A stretch of 64,000 nt of DNA from Octopus bimaculoides (GCF_001194135.2 NC_068981.1:14301818-14365817), one strand, 5' to 3'; positions 24,171-38,121 are shown, counted from the stretch's first letter. The notes: generated from the letters alone by a model not told the origin. Made by a program: numbers and translations.

Positions 24171-25329
24171 ACCTAATATGGGCGGGAAAGGAGTAAGCTA
24201 GAAATAGAGCTATTATATATGATATACGTAAATTTGAGACAAATGGTTATACAGCTTAAAAAAATCCCATATTATTCTACAAAAATATAAATTTTATCTC
24301 ACGGCCACACGTATACATATTTGTATATGTGTGTGTGTGTCCGTCCGTGCAGGAGTCCATACATATTTATAAATGCATTATACACGTATATATATATATA
24401 TNNNNNNNNNNNNNNNNNNNNNNNNNNNNNNNNNNNNNNNNNNNNNNNNNNNNNNNNNNNNNNNNNNNNNNNNNNNNNNNNNNNNNNNNNNNNNNNNNNN
24501 NNNNNNNNNNNNNNNNNNNNNNNNNNNNNNNNNNNNNNNNNNNNNNNNNNNNNNNNNNNNNNNNNNNNNNNNNNNNNNNNNNNNNNNNNNNNNNNNNNNN
24601 NNNNNNNNNNNNNNNNNNNNNNNNNNNNNNNNNNNNNNNNNNNNNNNNNNNNNNNNNNNNNNNNNNNNNNNNNNNNNNNNNNNNNNNNNNNNNNNNNNNN
24701 NNNNNNNNNNNNNNNNNNNNNNNNNNNNNNNNNNNNNNNNNNNNNNNNNNNNNNNNNNNNNNNNNNNNNNNNNNNNNNNNNNNNNNNNNNNNNNNNNNNN
24801 NNNNNNNNNNNNNNNNNNNNNNNNNNNNNNNNNNNNNNNNNNNNNNNNNNNNNNNNNNNNNNNNNNNNNNNNNNNNNNNNNNNNNNNNNNNNNNNNNNNN
24901 NNNNNNNNNNNNNNNNNNNNNNNNNNNNNNNNNNNNNNNNNNNNNNNNNNNNNNNNNNNNNNNNNNNNNNNNNNNNNNNNNNNNNNNNNNNNNNNNNNNN
25001 NNNNNNNNNNNNNNNNNNNNNNNNNNNNNNNNNNNNNNNNNNNNNNNNNNNNNNNNNNNNNNNNNNNNNNNNNNNNNNNNNNNNNNNNNNNNNNNNNNNN
25101 NNNNNNNNNNNNNNNNNNNNNNNNNNNNNNNNNNNNNNNNNNNNNNNNNNNNNNNNNNNNNNNNNNNNNNNNNNNNNNNNNNNNNNNNNNNNNNNNNNNT
25201 ATATATATATAAAATCATAAAATAAGGAGGTATATGAGGCGAATATATATGTACGTAAGCCCATAACATATAGGCTTACGGCCGCTTCACATTATGAAGG
25301 CGTTATAGAGTGGACAAACAAGGACATTA

Positions 25330-25497
25330 CGGCAGATACATCGACCTCAGTGCATTACTGGTACTTATTTTATGGACCCCGAAAGGTTAAAAGGCAAAGT
25401 CGACCTCGGCGGAATTTGAACTCAGTACGTAACGGCAGACGAATTACAACTAAGCAATTCGCCCAGCGTGCTAACGTTTCTACCAGCTCGCCGTCTT
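25330..25497 (-). mobile_element. tRNA-derived SINE (family A), well preserved
   Basis: Reverse complement has an A-box-like gagctggtagaaacgttag, B box gagttcaaattcc, then gtcgactttgcctt...ggggtc.ataaaataagtaccag (Deu/Nin-like domain). Confidence 0.88.
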
Positions 25498-26040
25498 GAA
25501 CATACAATAGTATTATGCCGGAGAGGACAACATATTGGAGAGATATATTATGGTGTTTAAATAGAGAGACTATTTTATTCCGCAGGTTTCATGTGGCATG
25601 TACAGAGATAAAAATGTTGGAATTAAATTGTTTAAGATTCCACGTAGCAGACCTGTCATATTCATGTCATGGTTTAAAGATTTTGATGCATTATCCATTA
25701 ATATACGCACGTATCAGGGGACATATAGTTAACAGATGAAATCTAGAGATTCTCAATATAGAAGATACGTAGTAGTGTGGGAATGATTCAAACTTAGACA
25801 CCGATGTATTTACAAGGGATCAGTTCCACGCGGTAAAGATTGGCTATAAGAAGGATCGAGTTGTGCAGATATAGAAGCAGTTATGCGGATAAACAAATTA
25901 TATAAAATATAACAATCTGGGTATGCAATACAAAATATGCATATATGTATACATGCAAAACGAGAGAAATGAAGATATGAACACTTCCGGGCGATGCATA
26001 TTTAAATATAGAGATATTCATATTAATAGATCCAACTTTA

Positions 26041-26089
<49 letters not shown>

Positions 26090-26696
26090 NNNNNNNNNNN
26101 NNNNNNNNNNNNNNNNNTATATATGTGCGTGTGTGTGTGTGTGTGTGTATGTGTGTGTGTGTGTGTGTGTGTGAGTGTGTGTATGTGTGCCTATGTGTGT
26201 GTGTGAGCCTGCCTGTTTGCATTTGAATTTACAATATAATTGGAGGAAATATTTCACGAAAACCAGTTTTATTTTCCATCTCTGGATTCAATATAATTTG
26301 TAACACATTTCCTTCAGGAATCTCTGCATTCTATTTTCCTTCATATAAGTTGTGATTTTTTTTGCAATAAAAAGGTAATCAATATTGTTTTCCTAGGAAA
26401 ATTAGATTATGAATTATCTGAGTTTATGCATATATCTACCCACCATTTTGATGCATGCCATTCGCTTAAAATTTACCTATAATTATATTTTGAGAATTAA
26501 GAATTATAGTCTAAATTTATTTTGTATCACTTTTTAGTATGATCACTAAAGCTTTGGTAAGTAGTAAACAAATTTATACAAACATATGGTCGAATTTTAT
26601 TATTTTTGTTTCTTTTTTTTTTCTTTTGCAATATACGTATAGAATTGTAATGTATGGAATTTTAATCCGATCACATATGCCGATAACAAAATATAA

Positions 26697-26698
26697 CA

Positions 26699-26786
<88 letters not shown>
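26697..26786. repeat. (ACT)n(AAT)n compound microsatellite
   Basis: Directly visible. Confidence 0.95.
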
Positions 26787-26787
<1 letters not shown>

Positions 26788-26997
26788 GAGTGGTGATTGG
26801 AGTGTTGGGCTCAATTCCATTGAAACTTCGAGACTTCTTAAGGAAACCCCAAGCAAGATTGATGTCTTGCAAAAAAGCAACCCTATTGCACACTGCGCAC
26901 ATCTACAGGAAAGTATTATCTGTCTGAAGTCTTTGTTGTGACTTGACAGATGACTAAAGACTCCGATGCAATTTCACCTACACTGTGTTACGAAGGG
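26787..26997 (+). mobile_element. 3' end of an R4/Dong-clade non-LTR retrotransposon
   Basis: VVIGVLGSIPLKLRDFLKET...LQK(fs)ATLLHTAHIYRKVLSV*, then a short 3' UTR and (TAA)n. Confidence 0.8.
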
Positions 26998-27235
<238 letters not shown>

Positions 27236-27242
27236 CATCATC

Positions 27243-27594
27243 CTAAGCTGTGTCCCGCTGCTTCGATACAGTCCTGGCAACTGATCCAACCTCTCCCTTC
27301 CTTTCTTATGGACAAGTACAGCTTATTGGTGACACTCTGAGGGTAGAAGTCTCCGTGTACTGTCAATAATTTTCTAGTCTTCGTATCCACTTTCTTCACT
27401 TCTCTCTGTTGCCATTTTATAATTCCTGCTGCATACCGAAGTGATGCTGTCGCTCACGTATTAACTAGTTGGATTGTATTCCACCCAGTCAATTCTGAGC
27501 GCATCTCCAGCCTCAGCCTTCGGAAATACTCTATCCTCAGTTGGTCTTTCATTTCCTTTTCCATTATTTCGTTGAACTCCAGTACACCAACGTA
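27243..27594 (-). mobile_element. R4/Dong RT C-terminal fragment
   Basis: YVGVLEFNEIMEKEMKDQLRIEYFRRLRL..ELTGWNTIQLVNT*ATASLRYAAGIIKW..VDTKTRKLLTVHGDFYPQS..KLYLSIRKEGRGWISCQDC, with one internal stop. Confidence 0.88.
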
Positions 27595-28545
27595 TTATAT
27601 TATTATGTGTTTATTTATTATTATTATTTATTTATTTATTTATTTAGACAAAAGACTAGCAATTTTTAAGAGTGGGTGTTAGTTGATAGCATGAGACTAG
27701 TATATGACTGGTACTTTGTGTCGACAATGAAAAGATGAAATATCAAAGTCGTCCTCAATAAAAAAAAAATTATGATGATGGTGGTGATGAAGATGATGAT
27801 GATAATTGTGTACAATTGTCGGTATGTAGCTAAAAATATCCCTGGGCAACTAAATTATATCATGTTTTCTCTTCTGTAGATCCTGGACAAATATATTCTA
27901 CAATATTAATTATCAAAACGAACAGAATACTTCGTGAGAAGACCGTCGGAGGAACTTTTTGATCTATGATGAGGAAAATATAATCTTACGTGTACTTTAG
28001 CAACATTACACAGTACTTCATTCACGTTTGAAGTACACAGTTGTAAGCATACAGAATGATATTCCTATTTTAAAATCAATACATCCCGTTCTTCTAAGTG
28101 TCTCGGTGATCTTGCGAAATGGTCATAATTTTTGATCTTACACTTCTGATAAAACATTTGTGGTAGGGCCTTATGCAATAGTGCTTTAAGTCGGAAAATG
28201 TTGTAGATTTCCTCTAGAAGGCGGTCCGGCGAAAAAATCGCATCCAGCGAGAAAATAGAACAGAGTAATTGTGTTGCATACATTAACAAGTGTTAAAATT
28301 TTGTCGACCTATTTTGTACTATAAATCCTTCTGGAATCGCGAATATAAAGTACTAGGCAAGGGACAGGTTTACCTTAATCAATCATACAACTCACCCAAA
28401 ATCTGGTCAGGGCGCTAATATCAGATTTCTCGGCACTTTAATGACACTGTGGCTCCCGTAGTGTAACGTATCATTTTTGAAACAAGGGAGTTACACAATC
28501 TTATGTGTCGAGAAAATTAACTTATACATTTCGTCATATCCTTTA

Positions 28546-28777
28546 TATTGGGTTGTCCGGAAAGTTCGTGCTGATTTTGAAAGGAAAGAAAAAGGTCAAC
28601 AAATACTTGCCATTACATTTTTAATCAACCAAATATGAACCATTTGTTTGCACAATGCATCTCCATCTTTCCTTTAATTTGAAAATACCTTCTTCCCAGG
28701 ATTGAGGTGGTTCCATGGTAAATAAGTCGAAAGTTAAGCTACTATAAATCGGCACGAACTTTCCGAACAACCCGATA
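28546..28777 (-). mobile_element. Internally deleted mariner element (228-bp MITE) with TA target-site duplication
   Basis: TIRs ttgggttgtccggaaagttcgtgctgattt and aaatcggcacgaactttccgaacaacccga (3 mismatches). The interior encodes the mariner C-terminus WEEGIFKLKERWRCIVQTNGSYLVD*. Confidence 0.92.
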
Positions 28778-30106
28778 TTTCTAATTTCGAATCTCATATC
28801 GGCTAGCTTTGTTATTCGACGTTGCTGTATCAATAAAATGAGAACTGCGGAAATATTATAAGGGATAAAATGGAATAACAGTTTCCTCCCATAAATTTTA
28901 TGACCTAAGAAGATGTCATTGTCATTATCACATTAGTGTACTGGAGAAGACATCACTATGATATTTTCGGTGTTCTTGGATTAATTATGGGTTTTTTTCT
29001 TGATCAAGACTTTCAGTTGTTACTTTGATCCGCTGATATTTTCAAGACAAACCCAGTTACAAATAGTTATCTTGGAATTATTTAATGACACTTTTCATAT
29101 ACATAAACATGCGTCATTTATTGGAGGAAACGGCCAAATTTATTTCTGCAAATATTGTGTTTTACGTAGATTAAAATAACACACTAACGATTAATCTGCT
29201 TTGACAAATTATACCAGAGTTGTTATGTAATGACATTTAAGATATATGCCATGAGCTAGTAGTGATTCTGAAATATATTACAAGTAGATATTTTCAATTA
29301 CATTACATAAATGACTCTAGATAATCATACATTGCTTCATGCTAGCTTGGATGTACGTATGCATGTGCGCGTACTTTGTGCGGATTTGTGTTTGTACGAA
29401 CATAGGCAACTATGTATATTGATTGTGATTTCATTTACAAGTCTCTTTACGTATATTCAATTAAAAAGAGGAAGGTTTTTTAGCTTCCTTCTAAAATACA
29501 TAACTAATAATATTCAGAAGTATATTCTGAGAAATTTTTAATCTATCAACTAATATATAAACGGAATAGTATATGTTAAGTACATTATCTCACGAACCCA
29601 TTCAGGGTTGGTCAAAAAATATTTATTGAAAGCATTATCTTTTTATTCCGTATAAAAGATAAATGTTGATAACTTGGCAGTTTTATCTCTTTCTAAACTT
29701 CTTTTACTATCCTTGTTATATCATGCCAAAATGTTAATGGCGTCAATTTTGCTTGTACATCTTTTTGCAGTGCAATTTTAATTATGGTAATGGAGGTTAA
29801 ATTCAGTGCAGCAACTCGACAGAATACAGCTTTTTCTCATATCAAATTTTTTTTCATGCTATTGTTGCACAGCGGACATATACCCGGAAGATTCTGCTGC
29901 AACCTTAACAGCAGCGCTGTGCGTGGGAAACCTACTTTAAATAATGAATGGGGAGATATTTTTTTCGCTTTCCCATATAGATCTGTCGAGAGAAAATCGA
30001 CTGTATGTATCTTGTTTATTCCTTATTTTTAAGAGAATAAACTAACACAAAATCATTCCACATGAAATGAATAAGATTAGGAGTATGGGAAATTTATCCA
30101 GAACAA

Positions 30107-30154
<48 letters not shown>

Positions 30155-30902
30155 GCTGTATATATATATATATATATATNNNNNNNNNNNNNNNNNNNNN
30201 NNNNNNNNNNNNNNNNNNNNNNNNNNNNNNNNNNNNNNNNNNNNNNNNNNNNNNNNNNNNNNNNNNNNNNNNNNNNNNNNNNNNNNNNNNNNNNNNNNNN
30301 NNNNNNNNNNNNNNNNNNNNNNNNNNNNNNNNNNNNNNNNNNNNNNNNNNNNNNNNNNNNNNNNNNNNNNNNNNNNNNNNNNNNNNNNNNNNNNNNNNNN
30401 NNNNNNNNNNNNNNNNNNNNNNNNNNNNNNNNNNNNNNNNNNNNNNNNNNNNNNNNNNNNNNNNNNNNNNNNNNNNNNNNNNNNNNNNNNNNNNNNNNNN
30501 NNNNNNNNNNNNNNNNNNNNNNNNNNNNNNNNNNNNNNNNNNNNNNNNNNNNNNNNNNNNNNNNNNNNNNNNNNNNNNNNNNNNNNNNNNNNNNNNNNNN
30601 NNNNNNNNNNNNNNNNNNNNNNNNNNNNNNNNNNNNNNNNNNNNNNNNNNNNNNNNNNNNNNNNNNNNNNNNNNNNNNNNNNNNNNNNNNNNNNNNNNNN
30701 NNNNNNNNNNNNNNNNNNNNNNNNNNNNNNNNNNNNNNNNNNNNNNNNNNNNNNNNNNNNNNNNNNNNNNNNNNNNNNNNNNNNNNNNNNNNNNNNNNNN
30801 NNNNNNNNNNNNNNNNNNNNNNNNNNNNNNNNNNNNNNNNNNNNNNNNNNNNNNNNNNNNNNNNNNNNNNNNNNNNNNNNNNNNNNNNNNNTATATATAT
30901 AT

Positions 30903-31485
30903 ATATTAGCAGAGATATTCGGCGTTGCCCGTGTTACAAACAATTGAAGAATGAGAATTTTGTGTTATATATTCTGTAAGGAACTGGAATACATAAGATT
31001 CGAATTTCATGAAAATTGCACATGAGGGTTCTTTCCCTCTTTACACCCCCCCAAATATTCTAATCCTGAGATATGTATCCCATACTATTGATCTTTATGC
31101 GCATATTCACCTTAATAGTTTCAGTATGAAATTGAAAGTATTAAAGTGAAAGTATTTGAAATTACAGTAGTGACATGTTACTGTTTCACTTTCGACAGGT
31201 AATATTGAAATAGTGGAATGGTTTCAGTGTTAAAGTGAAAGTATCTGACATTACAGTAGATTGATGTTATTGTTTCACTTTTCACACGTAATACTGAAAT
31301 AGTGGAGAAGATATTATGTTGATGTGGGCTCGAACTATGCAACAAGTTAAAATTTTCTTTTGAATGAAACACAACCTAAGTAACGCAAGTGTAAAATTTG
31401 AATGAAATTGGTTGTGTAGTTTTAGGGATTCACACACATACACAGACAGACAGACAGACACACATTCTCATTTATATATATATAT
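30903..31485 (+). mobile_element. Helentron-associated non-autonomous element (DINE-1/HINE-like) with an internal 89-bp tandem repeat
   Basis: Left end tattagcagagatattcggcgttgcccg; right end aaattggttgtgtagtttt..(CAGA)n..atttatatatata; duplicated unit at 31141-31217 and 31230-31306. Confidence 0.6.
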
Positions 31486-31539
31486 ATATATATACACACA
31501 TGTATGTATACATTCATACATTCATATAAATACTTATAC

Positions 31540-32270
31540 ATTGGATCATCCCATAATGAATCCGGTTTTTTTTAGACCCCTTTTATTATTCAAGACTAAT
31601 CTAAAATATACTTCCGTTCATTTTCTATAATGCTCATCAATCTAGATGGTAGTTGCAAGACCCCTCTTCCAAAATCCACTTGTCCATAACGAAAAATACT
31701 CCTCCAGTACTGTTCTGACTCGTCTACAGAATTCATATTTTTCCGTCTGAATGATTTTGAAGACTGCGGAATAAATGATAATCAGATGGTGGTAATGTCC
31801 GGTGAAAATGATGGGTGGTGTATCGTTTCTCATTCAAACTACTCCAGCCTTTGGAATGTCATCCTCAGTGTATGTGGCCGAGCATTATATTGATGGAAGA
31901 ACGCCTTTCGTCTTAAAACCAATGATGGTCGTTTTCCTTCTAATACTGACTTCAGCCGCTCCAATTGCTCGCAGTAGATCTCCTTTGTTACGGTTCGGTT
32001 TAGGTTTAAAAGATCAAAGTGCACTAAACCTTTCATATTCTACCAAACAGATAACAACAACTGACGTGGGTGAAGACCTTCATTGGTCTGGGGTGCCGGG
32101 GTTTCTCATTTGTCTTCAGCGGTTGACATTTTATGGAGAAACCATTTCTCATGACCAGTCACCATTCGATCGGAAGAAGATTCGTTCGTGAAACGTGGTA
32201 GCAAAGAAGGGCAAACATTGACCCGATTTTCTGACTTTTCCGATGACACCCAGGTGTCGATGAATGGTTG
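31540..32270 (-). mobile_element. Decayed mariner transposase, 5'-truncated, one TIR-like end near 31540-31575
   Basis: DRMVTGHEKW (GDEKW), HQYNARPH (HDNARPH), PHPSFSPD (PHPPYSPD), RGVLQLPSRLMSII, in order. Confidence 0.9.
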
Positions 32271-33828
32271 AATATATATATACATGCAGTCATACAAAAT
32301 ACATGCATGCATACACGCATGCATACATTCACACACACATACATATGACAGTGTTATGTCATAAGAATGAATTAGACTACAGAAATATCTGTATAAACCA
32401 CCATGTTACTCTTGAAATTACTTACTAAAGCTAGATGCAACAGATTTCAACCTGTTCTAGGACATCAACGAGAATTTATTATTTATAATAAGTAATTATG
32501 AATTATAAAGTAAGAAAGAAAGGAAAGTGCAAGTTATTCATTATTTTGATATGTAGGCAATGTCGACATGATAATTGGCTTTTGATGTTGGACATTAAAA
32601 AAGAAAACACGGTTATCTACTATAACTAGACGCTTGAAAGTGGCTAATTTACAGTAGAGAAGACAATAGAAGGTTAATTCAAATATATTAAAAACTAAAT
32701 TTAATCGTGTAGAAACATTTAGATTTATATAACAAAGTTATTGGGGAGGAAAATAAGTGATATAATGAAATCAAATTCATTCATTCATTATTGAAAAACT
32801 GTAGTAATGGTACAATGAGAAAATCTGGCACATGAAATGCGACATGTTAAAGTCTTATACGTAAATTATTAATGTGCTTAGTGTATGTTGGTTAAAAAAT
32901 ATTTTTATTAATTAGATTAAAATAAGTAAACGTTATGTTATGATTGAGCAAAAATAGTTTGAATTCTCAACAGTGTAAAATTGATTCCTCTAAATGCTTG
33001 GTTATTGTTTGGGGTTAAATTGTAGATTGTGATTTATAATGTGATACTTGTAATTGTAATTAAAGCGAAACGCATATCTTTGAATAAGTCATATCGTAGA
33101 AAGTAATTTCAGGAAAAAACTTGATGATATATATACACACACATATNNNNNNNNNNNNNNNNNNNNNNNNNNNNNNNNNNNNNNNNNNNNNNNNNNNNNN
33201 NNNNNNNNNNNNNNNNNNNNNNNNNNNNNNNNTATATATATATATATATATGTATATATGTCACAGAAATGACGATTTATAGGGATAAAGGTACTTAATA
33301 TAAAACATAATGGAATATTCCAATTAAGGAAGCAGCTCAAATATAACAATTAGTAGATAAGTCAAATTATTAATTTAATATTATTATTATTATTAATTTT
33401 ATAAATGCATATAAAAGAAATATAAAATGAATACACATTATGAAAACTTATACTTAATGATTAATCGAGGAGATAGATGTAGTCAATTTAGAGGGGAATG
33501 AGAGGTAATCGAAACATAAGATGTGGAAAGAAGAGAAACGTGTGTAAATAAAGATATAGCATGCCTAATATATTGAAAGGGATTCTAATAAACTATGTTT
33601 TGTCTACGGAGCGGTGTTTACAGATCTCTCTTATGCTTGTCTTTGCAGGCATCCTAAATCTAACGAAATCTTTTCGGTTTAGATTTTATAATAATGTTTC
33701 TAAATTTGTAAAAAGAGTAAGCTGGAGAAAAGAATAATTAGATACTTAAAAAAGTGATTTTAAATTCTCGATCGCAGTATAATGCTAATAATATAGCCTG
33801 AATAAGATACGCTACCCTTATTTTGCAG

Positions 33829-33917
33829 AAAAAACTGTAGGTGTTTTGCTATCAGACTCGAACGCACACCACCGTGATTACACGTCGCGGTGCTCCGACC
33901 GATTGAGCTAACCTTCC
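33829..33917 (-). pseudogene. tRNA-derived pseudogene or SINE head (Thr-TGT-like anticodon), followed by T6
   Basis: Minus strand: TAGCTCAATCGGTCGGAGC, anticodon arm CCGCGA-CGTGTAA-TCACGG, GTTCGAGT. The acceptor and T stems do not pair. Confidence 0.7.
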
Positions 33918-35595
33918 ACGCTACAGATTTCTCTGCAAATTTAAGATCTATAGAAATCTCGCTTTATGAAACGCTATCATATGTTAAATTCAAATTACGA
34001 TAAACGTAAACAAACAAACGAAGTTGCTTTTAGAAACGTTGAGATGTCTTAGAAAGTTAAAGAATTGATTTTAAATTCTCAATCGCAGGATATTCTACTT
34101 AACAGCCAAGTGATAGCAATTATTTGCGTTGGTTGTTTCTTAGTACTCTAGAAACATCTATTCCACACCATATTGTAGCAATTTAAACAAGAACACTATT
34201 AATTTCTCGTACTCTATCGCAACTACCTGCAGTAATTAGTAACATGTCTATACACGAACTTTCTTAATTATCAAACTTTTAATAGTTTAAACATATTACT
34301 TTAAATGCAAGCTTCTTTAGGTACTTGAAAAATGATATAACAACTTGGCCAATGTAGACTCAGATTTACTGTTGCAAGGACAGTGGGGAAGGAATAGAGG
34401 GTAACTGCTAATCGCTTTCTATAACAGTCATGCTTAGATTAGGATTACATATCAACAACATATGATAAAATGAAGAAGCCACTACACGGTCACTAGGGCT
34501 GATATATTGTGCAGCTAATCTTTCAAATTGTTCCTGTCTCAAATAAATAGGAAAACAAATAGTTTACAAAACGTAATCTTATATAAAACTAAAAGTGATG
34601 GTCACGGTTTGGACGCTCCGACAGGATTTAAACGGCCTACGTGAATATGTGGTGCAGTTTGCAAGTAAGTATTCCTTTCCGATATGCATGATATTTGTCC
34701 TTATTCTCAGTAAGATGAAGTTGGCAGACATCTTCGCTGTCAAGAAATTCAATGCAGAATATAATTTAATAAACTGTAAACCACAGACATAATCACTGAG
34801 CATTCATTATGTTGAATGCATTGCAAAGTGGAAGACATGTTCTAAATTCGATATGTAAATTATATAAATTGGTGCAGAATAATATAAAAGAAGGCATGAT
34901 GATATTGCATATTTCGTCCACACGGAATTATGTGATGATGTAAATTGGGAAGTACAAAGAAATTATATGATTATGTGAAAACCAAACTACCAGTATGATC
35001 GGGTCATATTGGATTATGTCATACACTGTGAGCATATAATAGATCGTAGGAGGCCCAATACTTTTGCAATTAACAAATATCAAACGAGTGTAATATAATG
35101 AATACTGCAATATCAAGGGATTTTAGAATTATGATCAAGGAAGAGTAAAAGTTAGCGATAAATTGCTGTATCAGCTCATCAGTGAGAAATTGCAAATTTC
35201 AGGTTGCAAAAGAAGATGCTACATAGCATAACAATAGTGAGATGATCTCTAGAATTTACCTGTTTCTCATGGATAAATGTTTTGATAAAGAAAGAAATAC
35301 AACAAAATAGCGAGCGACTTTAAGCTAACATATGGCTAAGAAATTAGCTTTCTAGTCACGTGGGTTGAGTTCACCAGGAATAAAGAGAAGAAATTTTGTC
35401 TTCTAAATGTTCATTATTATAATCACAAGAGGGCGCAAGCGCTTTGAGAAGAAGCTGATAGCAAAGAATTGTATTCAAGCTCTTCCAATTGGTAGTACAT
35501 ATCTTCCGTATTATACTTTATCCTATCGTCCGATAAAATCCGACCATATCCATTTCCAGAGCCATTAATAACACACGCTTGTTATTGTATTTCAG

Positions 35596-35654
35596 ACGGA
35601 TGTTAAGATCATCCTTACTTTCTTCTGCTATCGTCATTGTCCTGCAAATATGTC
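35596..35654 (+). CDS. Candidate exon encoding a signal-peptide-like N-terminus (ATG at 35600: MLRSSLLSSAIVIVLQIC), phase-1 donor
   Basis: ttgttattgtatttcag|ACGGATG...ATATGTC|gtaagc. It has a basic then hydrophobic sequence. No downstream exon is confirmed. Confidence 0.4.
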
Positions 35655-37020
35655 GTAAGCGCAGCTGAAAAACTTCTGAATTAAATGAAAAACAAAGAAC
35701 TACATAATCCAGAACATGATGTTCTTGTTGGATAGCACGATATCAGCATTTTCTGAACAGAAATATTCCAGTCAAGGCTGTCGTACACTTTTATGAATAT
35801 CAAGTAATATATTATCCAGCCCATCGTTCTCGCTCTATTGTTCTCTTTTTGAAGGTGGTATGGTGCGATTTGAAAGTGATTAGGCTGCTATTTCGAATGG
35901 GTCAATCACTTGCATAAAATGTCCCACGAATGTTTGACTACAGTAATGTAGGTCATGTAATTTCAATAGTAAATGAGATTGCTTAATGCATGAAATAAGT
36001 ATACTATAGTTCACGAAATTTCAAACACTTGAAATATTTATCTTATGGCAAATCAGAAATATATCCAAGTATGATCAACTGCGAAATGCATAATATTATT
36101 TTCTCTCGTAAAAAATCACAATTTTAGACAATATTTCCTGCAGTTGTTTAAACAGTAGCTATTATCGTATCTTAAGGAGCGTTTCAGCAAAATCTACCTC
36201 GTCTCGTCCATATATTAAAACACACCATTCCTTTGTTTATAAATATACAGAATATAATACAGGATATATTTCTGTACTAGCTTTAGAAGTGCGATTGACA
36301 AGGAATGAATAAACCAGGTTAGTAGGAATTAAAACTCAATAACATAATACAGCGAAAGTAAAAGAATGTTTCAAATCTGAATTTTAGACCGTAACTAATA
36401 TTGTGCACTTTAAACACATATATCGAATTTTCTCCTACTCCTTTGTGTTTGGTAATATCTGACTAATATGAAATATCACGTTCTTCCTAACATCAACAGA
36501 ATTCACAGAATGTTTACTTTCATCATTTATTGATTCGGTGCACCTGCATTTTCTGCATTTTACTTTATTCCCAAAGATAATTTCCTTTTCTACTCCAACT
36601 ACATGAAGGTCAATCGATTTAAAATATTCGTTGATTTTACAAGCATCTTCCTTTCTAATCAATTTTTTTTTTATCCATGAAATCGGGCATTTTTCCTTTC
36701 CATTTAGCTTTTGGTATTTAATTGGTCTTACTGATTGAATTTAAGTGAAACAGGATGCACCAACACACTATAAAATGTTGCGGTATTTAAACTTAAAGAG
36801 ATGCTATAATTTGTACAAACTCCATAGAGAATCAAAAACATCAAAAAGGCTCTTTTTTGCACATAATATTCTAAGAAGTAAAATATACGTTGCTAATTTG
36901 AATCATGCAATATTTGGAAATTATAGCTTTACCAAATGTCTCTAAGGTAAATCACCGGACTGTACGCCATTAGTATTGAATTAAGCCACAACGACTAATT
37001 TAAAAAAGTTGTGCTGCTCA

Positions 37021-37143
<123 letters not shown>

Positions 37144-37149
37144 TCTATT

Positions 37150-37350
37150 ATATAGACAAAGCTTGCAGTTTGCCGCGGGATGGGGGCCAGTCGATTGCAT
37201 AAACCCCCAGCACTTTACTAGTGCTTAGTTTCCTTATCGACCTCGAGACGATAAGGAAGCAAACTCTTCCTGGGCAGTACTTGCACTCAGAATGTTAAAA
37301 GGCGGATGAAAATCTGCTAAGCTATCTATCCGATGCTCTAAACATTCTGA
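37150..37350 (-). mobile_element. Degraded SINE (family A)
   Basis: gggggccagtcgattgcat..ccccagcac..tatcgacc..gcaaac..cactcagaatg..ggcggatgaaa..gctaag aligns with the other copies. Confidence 0.7.
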
Positions 37351-37465
37351 CATTTTTCGAGAACTTGACACTTTCTCACCGAAACCTAGAGTCGGATCCA
37401 AATTACTGTCACTCCAAAATTCCTTTAACAACTATTTCTGTAAGAGTCAATTGCAAAATTATTAC

Positions 37466-37514
<49 letters not shown>

Positions 37515-37830
37515 GAGCGAGAGAGCAATGCATGCCATCAATGTGACACTGGGGTGAAATATACGAAGCTCAATACACCCATCACGACCATCCGAATGAT
37601 AATGGTATACCAGGCACATGCAGCACAATCATATGTGCGCGACATGGTGATCTAATGACATTGCAGGTAGGGCTCTGTAAGAATTTTCGTCACGTCTAGT
37701 AGCCCATACTACTCAAAAGGTCCCTGAATAAGGTTTGCTTAAAGATGATGAACAAAACACCGAACTGGTTAACGTCAAACAACTGCCGGGTAAATCTGTG
37801 GTACTGAGCAGAATATTTGCTGTAGTTCAT
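37515..37830 (-). mobile_element. Non-coding interspersed repeat embedded in (TTA)n arrays (probable (TAA)n-tailed non-autonomous retroelement)
   Basis: GC-richer island with TTA arrays on both sides. I recall it as a common octopus repeat. Single copy in this window. Confidence 0.45.
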
Positions 37831-38121
37831 AGCAGAATATTTTCTGTAACCCATTTATTATTATTAATTATTATTATTCAGTAGTGTTATTTTTATCACT
37901 TGCTTTCACCGCACTACGTAGCGCAGCTCTGTATACTTTGGTTATGTGCTGTGGTTTTTTGTGATACTCTTATTTTTACGGTATTGAAAACGTCTTACGT
38001 AGAATGTGTGCGGTGCTTAGCAGTGCTATTTTCTCTATGTTATGTATACTTGTTAGACCTGGTATTTTTTAAAATGTATTTGTCAGAATATTTTTATCAT
38101 ACCTAATACGCTTACTATGAT

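Noticed and set aside
33844-33917. Functional tRNA-Thr gene
   Set aside because: The acceptor and T stems are unpaired, position 33 is G and the anticodon stem has a mismatch. It is kept only as a pseudogene or SINE head.
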